Origin: the human T2T-CHM13v2.0 reference genome, Homo sapiens
Assembly (NCBI RefSeq): GCF_009914755.1
Contig: NC_060929.1
Length of the DNA stretch: 64,000 nt
Reading direction: 5' to 3' (one strand)
Notes under the pieces: model-generated
What the model was told of the DNA's origin: nothing
Databases searched by the model: none
Seen by the model: the letters and a program-made list of their open reading frames with translations, nothing else
Shown: positions 1 to 13,475 of the stretch, piece after piece
How the letters are laid out: every line of letters begins with the position of its first letter
Position numbering within the stretch: the stretch's first letter is position 1
Made by a program: the position numbers and the translations under genes

Positions 1-438
1 ACTGTCCCTTCAGGCCCAAATTTAAACCTCATTTTCTCTGTGAAGCCCACCCTTACCTCCCTCCACCCCCTGACCCATTCCAAAGGCCACTGGGCACACT
101 TTCTAGAGCTTGTGCTCACTCTCTCTCACTGGCTGTCTTTTCTCTGCAATCTCTAGAAAACACTGATCTCTTAACATGCACCACTACCTCTAATAGAGAA
201 CTTGGGCATCCTGAAAAGTTGCTTTTAATGTTTTATCTCTCCTGCTTAATGTCCAGCTCCTTGAGAGAGGGGAAAAATGGTTTCTTATTGTAACAGTGCC
301 CTGCATATAAGTGCTCAATAATTGTTTATATTTTGTCGAATCAAATTCTGTGTTTAAAGATTTTCCCCTTCATTGTGCTGGTGCCATGGAGAATGCGCCA
401 GCAACTATGCATATGTGTGTGAGTTAGGTGGGAGGGGA

Positions 439-484
439 AGGGGGAGAGGGGGAGAGAGAGAAAGAGAGAGAGAAGGAAAAGAGA
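439..484 (+). repeat. GA-rich simple repeat
   Basis: Imperfect (GA)n polypurine tract. Confidence 0.8.
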
Positions 485-649
485 TTACCATTTCCTTAGC
501 TTTTTCCAGGTGAGGCAGGTTCCCCCCCAGCACCACCTCTGCACATCAAGGCTGCTTACTGCCAATGCCTGCCACTCTGCCTAAACATTTTCCTTGCTGC
601 AAGAGCCTGTGCGCCAACTAAGTGGCAAGTGCCAATGAGTTAATGCTCA

Positions 650-967
650 TGGAGGCAGCCCATCGTTTGTTGACAAACTATGGATGGGGAGCTGGTGGAT
701 CAGTATCTCTGCCTTTTAGACAACTCCCTCTCAAGGGTGTGCTAACTCTGAGGTGCGTTCTACATCATCTCCCAGAGATCTCTGGCGGTACTGAGCCCCA
801 ATTTCTCACAGCAGTAACAGGCTGTACAGGCCCCTTATCGTCTTCCTTCTCCCTTTCTTACTCTTCTGCTTCCTTATCAGGGTTTTCTGGGGTCAGCCTC
901 CAAATAAACTACTTGTACTTAAATACTTATCTCAGGGTTGGTTCCTGGAAGAACCCACATCAAGACA
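650..967 (+). mobile_element. ERVL LTR fragment (LTR16-like)
   Basis: 3' end CTCCAAATAAACTACTTGTACTTAAATACTTATCTCAGGGTTGGTTCCTGGAAGAACCCA...AAGACA resembles LTR16 termini. Confidence 0.6.
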
Positions 968-3900
968 ATTTGCTTTGCATTCTTTTGGATGGTCTTTCCC
1001 TGTGTCTAAAACAAAAGCCAAATCCTGAACACTTTTCTGAGAAAGCTCTGGTCGGTGCCAACAGAGGCAGGAGGACTTGTTGTGGCACCTGGTGTCAGGC
1101 TTTGCTGGAATTATGTTAGCCATCCTCTCAGGGCACTCTGGGCTGCTCTCCACAGGGTGCTTCCACAGTCGGTTCCAGGTCTGGTTGTTTCTAAAATTCA
1201 GAGCCAAATGTAGCAGCACCCAAGGGAATTCACTGGGTCTGGCATGACGGCTTCGCACAAAGCCAAGCAGCATCTGAGTCTGCCGTTGAGTGGCTATAGC
1301 ACACTACACGTTGGACAAAATTTTCAGGGACCTTCACCAAAGTGCAAACCAAAGCAATTGTTCACATATGCAACATTCACCTAGGTACTCTCCCAAGTAA
1401 AATAGACAAGAATATTTATCTAACAGACTGGCAGAATGCCTTGAGAAAGTCAGACAAGATTCTCACAGCAAGGGTCAGTCTAGTATCAAACAAATTCTAA
1501 CATATACACTTCATGAGTCTCAGTCCACTTTTAACACAGTAAAATTTCCTTCTTTACTGGCCTGTATCATGTTGAATCCATAATGCAACATGACCCAGCT
1601 TTGACATTATTTGTAGATATAAAAACATGGTGCTCTGGAAAGAATTATAAATGCTTCACTGAGCTTTAGTAGGAAAGTCTCTTGAAAAATGGAAATCAAT
1701 GTCTAGCATAGCAGGTAGCACTCTTAGAAATAAGGCAAATTCTATACAAAACAGTCTTGCCTGAAACAAGCTTGAGTGCATTCAATCCAGCAATTGCTAT
1801 TACTAATAGCTGAAGAAGATTCTTACTAGAAGAAAGAAAGAGGAATGCTGGATCCACATTGCAATGAGAACCATATGTGACATGCATTAGCATCAATAAC
1901 TGTCCTCGCCATTCATATATTAGCATCTCATACATTATCACTGAGGAATTATTGAGAACATTTGGTCCACTGTGACTGGGGACTCACACCTCTTCTGGGT
2001 GGGACCAGGAGTCTCTTGTTGTCAAGCTCTGTGGATGTCCCACAGCTGTCAAATGTGCTCATTATCCCTGTTCATTCTGAGGCTCCTCATTCACTTGCAG
2101 AAAATTCTCAGCTTCTTCAGTTCAGTGTTCATGATGACAGAATCTCTGCTAGACTGTGAAGAGTACTCTGCTTTCCATCACTGTGCCCTACAACTCACTG
2201 GCTGCTGGTTACAGCCGGGAACAGCATATCTACTGCACCGTGGGACAGATTGGCCCTATGTCTGTGTCCTCATGAAGCCACCCATGCTGCCATCATGAGA
2301 CAGTTTTACTTTAAAATTATCCATACTCACTTTCAGGTGAGAGGTGAGTAGTATTCAAAGCTCACAAATTTAAAGAAAAGCTACTGGAATATGAAATCTG
2401 GGACTAATTACAGTCTCAATTTTGGATGGCTCAGTGATTCTTTTCCATCGCACTATCTGCGGGATTCTCGTTGGCAATGAATTCATTAATGTTGAGATAA
2501 CTAAATAACAGTGCTGACCAGTGTATCTCTTTGGCCCAGGTCTTTGTCAGGGCTGAGCCCTCTTGAAATCTTGAGTTCTGAGTTTGGGTCAAACTAATTT
2601 GTGCCTCTGTAAAGATCTTGCTTTGAGATGATGCTTGTTTTTAAAACAATTAAAGGCAGAGCTAATGTAATAGATCTTCATAAAAAAAAAAAGTTCCCAG
2701 GGTAATGAAAATCAATTGGATAATATTAGCATGTGGAAATGGCTTTCAGAAATGGTTTGAGTGGTTTATCATGATACAAATCAGACCTCAGAGGACATTA
2801 AGCAAATGTTACACATGTATTAGAGTACAGGGAGTCTTTTCTTGACCATATAACTTTAGATGCAGATGACCTGTCATTTCCCTTAGACTTATTAAATGGC
2901 TCCAATACTCAGGATCCTATTTAATGGTGGTGCTTGAGCTTCTTAAATGTAATGGAATAGCTAGAAATGATTCCCTGGACTTCTTTGCTGGATCTCAGCA
3001 ACAGGTCAAAAGGCCAGGCCAAAATCACTTCTCATCGTGTACTAAAATCCCAGCCATGCCAAGGACCTCATGCTGTTTATTGCCACCTGTCCCACATCAT
3101 CAACCTGCTCCTTGCAAATAGCTCATTTCCATTAACTTTGAACATTTAAACATGCCATGCTCAAGGCTCTTCTGTCTTTTCACAGTTGGATTCAACAATC
3201 GCTGGCTTTAATTCCTCACTTCTCATTCACTCTTTAACCCAGATGCAGCCTGACCTGCCGCTCCATGAAAACCGCTCTTGCGCAGATCACAAACAGTCTC
3301 TTTGTTTTTGAATCCAATAGACACCTTTCAGTCTGAATCTCACTCGACCTCTTGGCAACTCTGGGTGTTTTTGATCAACCTGGGATTTCACTAGGATGAG
3401 GCAGAAGCTGGCAGGTCAAGGCAGCAGCTCCCTCTGACTGAGGGAGATTATACAAGGTGGGTCCTAGGAGGCTATAAGGATTTAGAGTCATGAAACACAC
3501 ATCACCCTCTCACAATTCTGCCCATGCTGGTGCTAGAAATCCCACTGGGACACCCTATGCTGTGTGTTGAGGGAAGGAAAAACCAAGACTAGCTTTGCAG
3601 CATGTATTTTTTATCGCCTTTCTCCTTGTTAAAATTCTCCCGTTGGAGTAAGGATAGGACAACAGTTTCCAGGCAACAGGCAAAAATAAGGGCATCATCC
3701 TCCCAGATGAGTTTATGCTAAGTGTATCAAACATAACATGCTAAATTGTTAGCAAACATCTTAGCTGATGGAACTAGGCAGGATTAGCTATCATTTGTTT
3801 CCCCCTCTTTATCTTCAGTCAAATATCCCTCCTCCACATCATACCCCTGGCCAGCCTAATGAATTTCTTTAATTAGCCATAACTTCTGATTTATAGACTT

Positions 3901-4439
3901 TGCCTTTACCCTTGCCAACGTATTTGTCTGCACCATGCTATAGCCATGGCCTCTAATCCAGCTAGCATTCTGTGGCACCTATAGAATTGCAGTCATCAAT
4001 TTGCTCGCTTTACAGTGTGCTTTGTTTCCCTAGACAGCTTCTGGCGTGTAGTTATATGAGACCATGAGCATCATTCTGTGTGACCTTCTCATTTTCTCCT
4101 AAGCACATAGGTAGTCATTTTTGCAATTTGCCTTCTTTCCTAATGCCTATTCTCCTTCTACTGCCCAGCCCACTATTATCGAACAGTCTTCTCTGCTAGA
4201 AAGCCCTTCTTGTACACTGTGGTGCTTAGTAAATATTTTATTTGAATCCCAAACCTGTCCCCACTCCAATAACTTGCATTTTTTTCCCCGAGTCTGCTTT
4301 CTAGGATTACCAAAAAAATACCTGTGCGTTCTGTGAGAGCATGGTATGTTTTACATGGCACTCTCTAGAGTGAGTGAAGACTGATTCCATGTCTCCATTT
4401 AGGGCAGCCACCTCAAAACACCCCTTTCTTTCTCCTTTC

Positions 4440-4930
4440 CATTGTTCTTATTTTAAAAAGACAAACCCTGGAGTCTTTACAACTGCTTATAAGGCCCTAT
4501 TCCTGTTATTGTTCTGCACAAACCTCCTGTACTGTTCTCCCGCTCTTGGGCTAGGGAGCCACCCCAGCCTGCCTACTGTTCTCAGACACGCCAAAATCCC
4601 TGTCCCTCTGCCTGCACTGCTCTTCTTCTCCCTTCCCCCGGGCTCATTCTGCACCTCCGTCAAGTTGGCTTAAACTTCCCCTCTGCCCCAGCGACCTGCA
4701 CATTCTGCCCCAGAATTCCCCATGGCCCAGATTCTGACTCTATCCTTTCGCACATAGCAAATTATATAACTTATTTACTAAGTTTATTTGCTTAGTGTCC
4801 ATCTCCAATGCCTCACCATGAGGACGGGAATCTGCATCTCTCCAATATTTATCCCAAGTGCTGAGCAAATGTCAGGTACATGGCAGGTATTCAATTTATT
4901 CATTATTGTATGCATAAATGAATGAAAGGG
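4440..4930 (+). mobile_element. Degenerate L2 3' fragment
   Basis: Ends in ...GTACATGGCAGGTATTCAAT...ATAAATGAATGAA, a typical L2 terminus. Confidence 0.5.
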
Positions 4931-7322
4931 AGGTAGATATAAGGAAGTAAAAATGCATTAAAAAGTAAATTTTGACAGGTTGTCTTTTCCTAATAAAACA
5001 CCTCCAGCTCTACCTACACTCTTCGTGTGTTTTCGCATCTCAGCGAAAAATTGACCCTTGCACGAAGTGACCAAAGACGTTCAATTTCCAGAAACCAAAA
5101 TTTTGACAGAAGATCACATGATGGGGTAGGGTGGGTTTGGAAAGGAGGAGTTGGAAGCCCAGCTGGAAAAATCAGTTGGATGGGGATAGATTCAGGAGAT
5201 AATGGTGAAGGGGGAAGAAGCAGAACTGCACACAGATCTACTGAACAGCTGGACACAAGGCAGTAACTAATTCAGAATGCTTGACAGAGTTCCAAGCAGG
5301 GAAGGTGGTTGTTGCTGCGGATGCATTTAGTTTGAGTTGTGTTGGACTTCAATTGTGCTGAGAGAGCCAGAGCAAGAAGACCAGGATACCTTGTAAACTG
5401 TCTAGGTCCAGAGACCAGATGACCTTAGGGAAGATGAAACTAAGAAAAATGGCAGGAACCTGTGATTGCATCAAGGTTGCGTGGCTGGCGACACTATGGT
5501 GCCTGCAGGAGATGAGCTTATGTTATAGTATTGACAATGGACGTATCCAAGGTTGTCCTTTCCCCTTAGCATTCTCTGGGTTAGAACTCCTCACTCTCAA
5601 CTTTCTAAAATAGGTATCAGGGGCAGCAGATTGAGCCAAGCTTCTTGGAGCAGCTTCTCTGTGTTACAGGATGTGAGATGTCAGAACAGTTGACATGGTG
5701 ATCCATCCACAAGGAGCTTCTGGTTTAGGGAGAAGACAGGTGTGTATGCAGACAGCCAATACAACTTCCAGTAAAGACAGTAATTCTATTTGGAGGAGGT
5801 GGAGGTTAAGCCAATATAGGAGACTAGGCAGGATCTTAGTAGGATGTGGGAAATTAATTCCTGGCAGGGGGCAGCAGGGGCAAAGACTTAGAGATACTGG
5901 GAAAGAAAAATATGGTGGATTTTCCATTCAGTAAAACACATGACACACTTCAGGAGCAGCAGAGGGAGATAAAGACAAAGGAAAGTCAGGTTCAGTAGGG
6001 GAGAACCCTGAAGGCCAGTCTCAGGGCTCTGGGCAGCTTTTCTCTAGCAGCTATGGTAAGTCATTGGATGTTTATGAGCAAGCATATAAATGGCTCAGTA
6101 CAGTTGTCCCTTAGATATTGAGAACTGAGGAGTAAGAGGAGCCCATTTATGGAAGGAGGGTGCACAGATCTGAATGCCCCTCAGGTCCAGCTACCATGAG
6201 AGACTGAAAACAGAAGGTGAAGTTGACTGTTTACCGAAGCCCAGGAGGCTGCTCCCTCAGCTCCAAGTTCTGGGTCATGCCTGGCCTCTCTGGACTTCTG
6301 AGGCTGGTGGCTACAGGCCATAGAGATGAAGAAAGTACATCACAGCCCAGGAGAAACAGCAGTCGTGTATCTGAAATTTATGTTCCTTCATGAGATTTTC
6401 TACCTCATATTTTTTCTGCCAGCTTCCAAAATATTTTTTCTGGTTTTGTGTTTAGTCAAATTAAAAAAAAATCTTTAAAAGGAAAGCTAATAGACACAAT
6501 GAGTGAAAAATAAGCAGAAGGGAGCTGTAAATCATAAATCAAAGTGTTGAGATGAAACACGTCTACTTGAGAATTGTGGTCATAAAGGCATTATCTAATA
6601 TCTGATTGGATGGTCCACTTCAAAAAATAAATATAGATGATGACAACTTCTTTGCTGTCTGTGTATGTCCTCATAAGCCTGACTTCTTCAGAGGTTACAG
6701 GGCATGAATAGAGAAATTGCTTTAAAAATAATCCTCTGTCATTTTTCAATTTCCATATAAAATTGGTTATTTGGCTCAGAAAGTACTTCGTGAAAGATAA
6801 ATCATTTTTAAGAAACACTGAACTGCTATTAAGTTTTTTTCCTTATGTGGTAGACATCCCTGCCTTTAAAACAAATACGTACTTTACAAAATGAAGTACA
6901 GCAAGAGCATTTGTTCTATCAAAGTTGACAAGAAAACATGTTTGAATGAAGATGCCATCTGTTTCCTGGCCTTAACACCAACATTTCCCTGTTCCTTCCA
7001 TGCACCTACATACCTCAATGTACATCATGTATTAATAACAGACAGGGTGGCAGATGCTCCCATTTCTGCTGCCTTTGGAAACATGTAGCAGATTGTATTT
7101 AGATATTCCATGATTATATTGCCTCATATTGAACAACTATTGTAGACTTATGCTCCTCTAAGTAGCCAAAGCCTAGTACCAGCCCACGGCTTTTTATGTT
7201 ACCTGAAGGGACTGGCTGTGGAGCTGTATTTAAAACCAAGAGGGTATAGCAGCCCTGCCTGGCTTCCTCAGACTTCTTTGTTCTCTCTTCTGTAATAGGC
7301 AACTCTGGCCTTAAACATTCTA

Positions 7323-7601
<279 letters not shown>

Positions 7602-8804
7602 TTAACAGACATTTTATGTGCTTTTAAAATGTATGTTTTGGTAAACTGCCATGTATCCAGAAATACTTCATTCTTAACTCAAAATATCATGTGTAGATGT
7701 ACACATGTGTGCACACACACAACCAACAGGATGTTGAAATTGCATTTTTCCTTAAAGATTTTTAACTAAAGTACAGAACCATCCCAGTACTTGAAGTAAA
7801 TCCAATTTGAGTTTGACAGCAATCAATCTCTACATTTGTTTCAGTAACTCCACTTAATCCACTCACACACATCTCTGTCTTTTTGTACTCTTTGGAGTGT
7901 TTATACTTCAAAAGCAATGCTAATAAGCTTTATCATTTCAATACAGTTAGCAGCACAGTATGTGTCTATTGGTGAGAATATTGGTGTCTATTTATAGACC
8001 TGTTTTGACAACTCTGCTCTTCCACAATGTATAGGATATATTTTCTATCACATTATTGGATTCGGGTTTAAAATGCAGCATTAGTGTATTTATTAGCTTA
8101 CACTGAAGGCCCTCTGTTTACATGTAATCATACTTTTTAGCATAAACACCTTTGGTGAGCATAATGTGTCCTGCAGTTACATGTGACAGTTCTCCTGCTT
8201 CTCCTTCACCTTGTCCGATCTTTTATACATTTGCTGAATACCTTTCTGCAACAGGACTTGAATGGCCACTCCTGTGGCACAATAAATCTAATCAAAGGTG
8301 TGCTCTGGAGAAGATGGAAATATTAATGTTGATATTCAAGGAGAAACAGGGGCTTGGGGCACAGGAGAAGAGGACCTAAGGAGCATGGGCTGTTCTGAAT
8401 TGTGGGTGTTACTAGGAATATTATCCAAATAGTATCTAAGTTACCCCACAAACATGGCTTCATAGAGCATATTTCAAACACTCATTACCATTCTGGACAA
8501 TGTCCAGAAACACTGCCAATGAGGAAAGAGCTGAGGGGCCTTTCCTCCTGCCCACCCCAGCTGCAAAACAAAAACGATTTTTAAAAAGAGGGGGAAAAAA
8601 CTGATCCCATATTGTTCCTGGGCACAGAGTTAGTATTAAAGTGGAGAGGTACAAAGGGATTGATTTTAGCATTATAATAGGATGCAATTTGTACCTGGAG
8701 TTGCCCACTAGTGGGACGAATGACCTTGGGAACTCCATGGCACTGATGTTTCCGTGGGGTGTCGCAGATGTTCTTCTGTATTGGAGGATGAAATTGGCCC
8801 AGAG

Positions 8805-8980
8805 CAATGGTTCTTGAAGCTGGCTGTACTTCGGAATCACTTGAATTTCTATGAACTGAAGATTTCTGGGCCCCACATCAGACTTCATAATCAGAATATC
8901 CAAGATGGGAGCTCTAAATATATGTCATTTATAAACTCCCCAGGCAATTCAGATGGGCAACCAGCATTGGGAACCACCCA
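8805..8980. mobile_element. MER5-like hAT-Charlie MITE
   Basis: Termini CAATGGTTCTTGAAG ... TTGGGAACCACC, with internal GAATCAC...GGGCCCCAC motifs. Confidence 0.65.
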
Positions 8981-11939
8981 TAGCACTGAACTCTAAGCTC
9001 TCATTCCAGACAGAATTTCTGCTCCAGATGCCTACGACAGTAACAGTAATACCTTCATCGTCAGATCTGTTTCTTTTTCCGTGCCTGAGCTTTGCTTTCC
9101 TTGGTCTTGGCTTTACTTTCAGCCAGACTCTCTCCAAGGGGTGGTAAACCGACAACTAACAGCTCCAGGCTAGTCCCTTCCAAGTAATACTCATTTGCCA
9201 AAATCTTATGTTTTGCATAATATAGATGCATGAAACTAGGAAGAAATTTAGGGGATTATGTGCTATTAACCCACAATTATATGAAAGTTTGCTTCCTTAC
9301 AGAAAGGGAGCAGCTGGTCTCATTTCCTCCTGAGAACAGCACAAGATAAAATGAGTTGGGTTTAGACACAAAGACAAGTACCTCGTCACTGAAGGTCATC
9401 TAACTTCAACTATGTTACTGAGGACAGACACAAATATTCCCTTCCAGGAATCTCTGGAAACTATATGGGTTTCTCCATGCTGAAGAGGGCTAAGTCCTGC
9501 CTACAGGTCAGATGCTCCGACGGCACTAGATTCTATATTAACTTTCGGCCCCCAAATGCATCTGCAATTTAGACTGCTTCCTCAGGTCTGACTTCAGTGT
9601 CTCTCTAGGATAGGGTGTGGCTGTGTCTGGCAGCAGAGATTGTTGTAGTGGTGGCCAAGGGCCTGGCTTTAATTTTCACATATAAAAAATTGTTTTTGTC
9701 TTTCTTTGAAATCAGGGAAGAGGGAAGTGATTGGACTTCATAGTTGTTTTGTTCATTTATTACCTAACTCCCCTGCCTGGAATGAGACAGAACTAATTTG
9801 ATTGGGTCAAGGATATACTCCCCAATGCCTAGAACTTTCATCGAATAAATAGAAAATAACTGGCTTTAAAGCTGGGAAGAGAAGGGAAATATGTGACTAG
9901 CCCGTGGCTGCTTCTCACGAGACTTGGAATGTGGAGTGAATGCAGCACCTGACCCAGCATAAGGTCCCCTCCCCTCCCCACCAGAGCAATGAGCACCAAG
10001 AAGAGCTGGTGGTCTGCGAGCTGTGCTCGCCTTGTGGAGAGGTCACTTGGGTCAGCCTCAAACTGAGTCACAGGCAACTGCATATCATCCATATGAGGAA
10101 GCTGGGAAGGTGGTAGGGAAGAGCGGATGGTGGGCCAGTGCCAGGTGGGGTAGGGCTCTTCACTACACAGCAAGTAGGTACTCCATGCAGTGTCCAGAGC
10201 TCCGTGCTGTCAAGTCAGGGAACCAAAGAGAGATATTTATTAAGCCGGTGTCAGTGCAATGTGACTTCCTGGGCTAATTGATCAAAAGCCTGCTTGTCTT
10301 CTCTTCCTCCTTTTGCTTCTCATTGATCTCTAATAACACTCTCATCTTCTGACAGATCAATGTTACAAATGAAAAGCAGCTATTTTCCCTGTAGAAATCC
10401 AAATTCACTGGACCTTCCTTGGCCCTTTCTAAGATTGTATTTGACAGAGAATGCCCTGTCTTCATGGCAATCAGTTGCAAGAGTGATCGAGGTAGAGACT
10501 GGAGTGCCAGGATGGGGATGGTTTGAAGATCTATTCCACAGGTAACCTGTCCTCCCTTGGGAGTGGTCAGCTAGTCTCGACCATGCCCAGCAAAAATGTC
10601 TTTGTAAACAATCTTTTACAATTTACACTTAGGAGACAATGGAGTGGGTATCTTGGTTTTTTTTTTTTAACTTAGAATTTTTTGCCACCCACTGTCTAAA
10701 CATGACAGACCAAATCTTCTAAAGTGTTTAACACCCACAGCCTGGCAACTTGGAGTAGAAAAACTCACGCACAATATACGCTTTCAAGAGTATTTTTAGT
10801 TTATTCCATGAAGTGACTTATTTTATTCTTGTAAAAACCATTTAACTGTCAGCAATGGTTCATGTCTGCTAAGTTCTGCAATTCCCACGAACAACTCAGT
10901 TCAAGACAATGAACAGCTTCATCTGAATTTGTTTGTCTCAGTCATAGCAGGCTCACAGACACCTGGTGGGTGTCCCTTGGTTTACCAAGGGAAGCAGTGG
11001 CATCTGTTCTCCTAGAATAAAAGTCCAAATCCTCCTCTAGACTAGAGTACATTTAGTTCTACCTGGTGTGGTATATTTGCCTGACATAATGTGTGGGATG
11101 TATCATTTTCTTTGGCGGGGGGGAAAAGATGGCAGAGCTAAGCTGGGTAATTTGAAGAGTTTTAAAAACTACTCACAGTGATGTGGGCACGGTGTTAGGA
11201 ACTAGAAGGAAATTTCCAGGGCTAGCAACAGCAGGGAGTCACTACTCTTGGTCAGAGGGGGGATGGAACAGTTACACCATCCCAGGAAGAACAGCTGCAA
11301 GTGGAGCTGGCCTAGCCCAGAGCTCGCCCTCTGCCCACTCTCCAGTCTCCTGCCAGCAGCTCCTGTCAGCCAAACCCCATCAGAAGCCAGAAGGCAAGGG
11401 AGCCCGCTGAGGTAGCCTCCAGGGGCACAGAGCAGGTTGGCCACAGGATCCCAAGGCAAGTGGAAGATATGCAGCAAGTGACAAGGATGGAGGGAGACAG
11501 GGGTGATCCACTGAATGCTCCCATTCATCTGTGTTCATTCCTTCGTTCAGACATGTTACTTGCTAAACACCTTCTATAAGTGAAAGCACCTTGGAAGACA
11601 CAGGTGAAGCATGGTAAATGGTCCCTTCTTTCAGGGTGCCCTTAATTGATTGGGAAGACTAGGGATCCCCACACAGAATGCCAAAATAAGCGCTAAGCTG
11701 CCAGGCAGAGCACTGCAGAGCTCATCGGTGGGACAGGAGTTCGCAGGCGGGAGAAGGCAGTGTGGGCTCTGGAGGAAGGTGGGTGCAGGTGGGAGCGTAA
11801 GAGGATTTTAACAGGTCCCAGGCGGGGTGGCAGGAGAGTCCTGAACTCTTCAGTTCCTGCCTCAGCACTTCTGTGGAGTGAGGGACTGGCCTCATGATTT
11901 TTTAATGAGTTCTAAGACTGTAGAAAAACTTTAACTACA

Positions 11940-12160
11940 TATACCTTTTTACTGAGTATTTACAATGTGCCAGGCGATTTACCATAATCTTTTGTCAAGG
12001 CCTTACAGCACTGCTTTGATGGATGTTATTTCCCACATTTTATGGATGAGGACAAGTGAAACTCTCAGAGGCAGGGTGTTTTATCTAAGGTCACATCTAG
12101 TGGTACAGCAGCTTGGATTCAAAGCCAGTTGTTTCTGACATCAAATTCCAAGCTACTAAC
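11940..12160 (-). mobile_element. MIR
   Basis: Core motif CCCACATTTTATGGATGAGGACAAG...AAGGTCACATCTAGT...GGATTCAAAGCCAG. Confidence 0.6.
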
Positions 12161-12992
12161 CTCCTTAAGGATAAAGGACAATTAGCAACAGTATCAGCCC
12201 TGGGTTGAAACATTTTTCCGATATCCTCATGTGCTCTCAGATGCCTGGCACCTAGAACCTGGTCCCCATTTTAAGAAGCTGTCTGACTTATAAAATTGGT
12301 TTCCACATGAGCTGCCTGCACTTAGGTGTATGTAGTATTCACATCTGAGGAAGTCTGCATGGGCTGCTGTCTCTGTATTATCTCTGTTTAAAGTCCCCTA
12401 ATGATTTCTCATTTGCCCTGAATCCATGAACTGTGTAGACAGACAATGGCCTCCTTCTTCCTCTGATAAGATTTTCTACTATCCACCATGTTCTCACTCA
12501 GCCCCAGCCACACTGGCTTTTTCTTTGACAAGTTACATTCTTTCCCCCATAGGTTCTTTGCCCTAGGTATTCCATCTGGAATCTTCTCCCTGTAGATCTT
12601 TACGGATTGGTTCCTGTTATTCACTCAACAGAAATGTCCGAGTCCTTTTTCTGATCATGCCCCATCATGGTTCCCCATTCAATCTCTGAATCACCACCTT
12701 GTCTTATTGTCACTGTAAGATTCATCACTGTCTGATATTTGTTATTGGTTTACTCTGTCCACATGAGGGCTGGAAACTTTTGCTATCTTAGGCAATGCTA
12801 GATAACTGTGCCTCAAGTAGTATCTGGATCCTTAAATGTTTTCCAAATGAATGAATTCATGGAGATGAAACCTGGCTCTGAAAAGTAGTAACAGTAGGGT
12901 ATATTCATTATTTTATACTTGCCCATGTGTCAAGTGTTATTTGTACTTATATTTGAAGATGAGCAACGTGAAGTTTAAAGATGTCCAAGGAT

Positions 12993-13475
12993 GGGCATTT
13001 GTGTTGGCTCCAAGTCTTTGCTATTGTAAATAGTGCTGCAATAAACCTATGTGTGGATGTGTCTTTATAGAAAGATTTATAATTCTTTCGTATATACCCA
13101 GTAATGGGATTGCTGGGTCAAATGGTATTTCTAGTTCTGGATCCTTGAGGAATCACCACAAAGCTGCAAACCATCATTCTCAGCAAACTAACACAGGAAC
13201 ATAAAACCAAACACCACATGTTCACACTCATAAGTGGGATTTGAACAATGAGAATATGTGGACACAGGGAAGGGAACATCACACACCAGGGCCTGGCGGG
13301 GGGCGTGAGGGGGTAGGGCAAGGGGCAAGGGGAGGGAGAGCATTAGGACAAGTATCTAATGCATTCGGGGCTTAAAACCTACGTGATGTATTGATAGGTG
13401 CAGCACACCACCATGGCATATGTATACCTACGTAACAAACCTGCACGTTCTGCACATGTATCCCAGAACTTAAAG
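12993..13475 (+). mobile_element. 5'-inverted, truncated L1PA-family element without a poly(A) tail
   Basis: Antisense L1 ORF2-end segment (12993-~13160) joined to a sense L1 3' end (~13161-13475). Flanked by direct repeat TTAAAGATGTCCAAGGAT at 12975-12992 and 13470-13487. Confidence 0.9.

Noticed and set aside
622-1273. 165-aa and 113-aa ORFs
   Set aside because: They overlap an LTR16-like relic, show no recognisable domain, and have no splice support.
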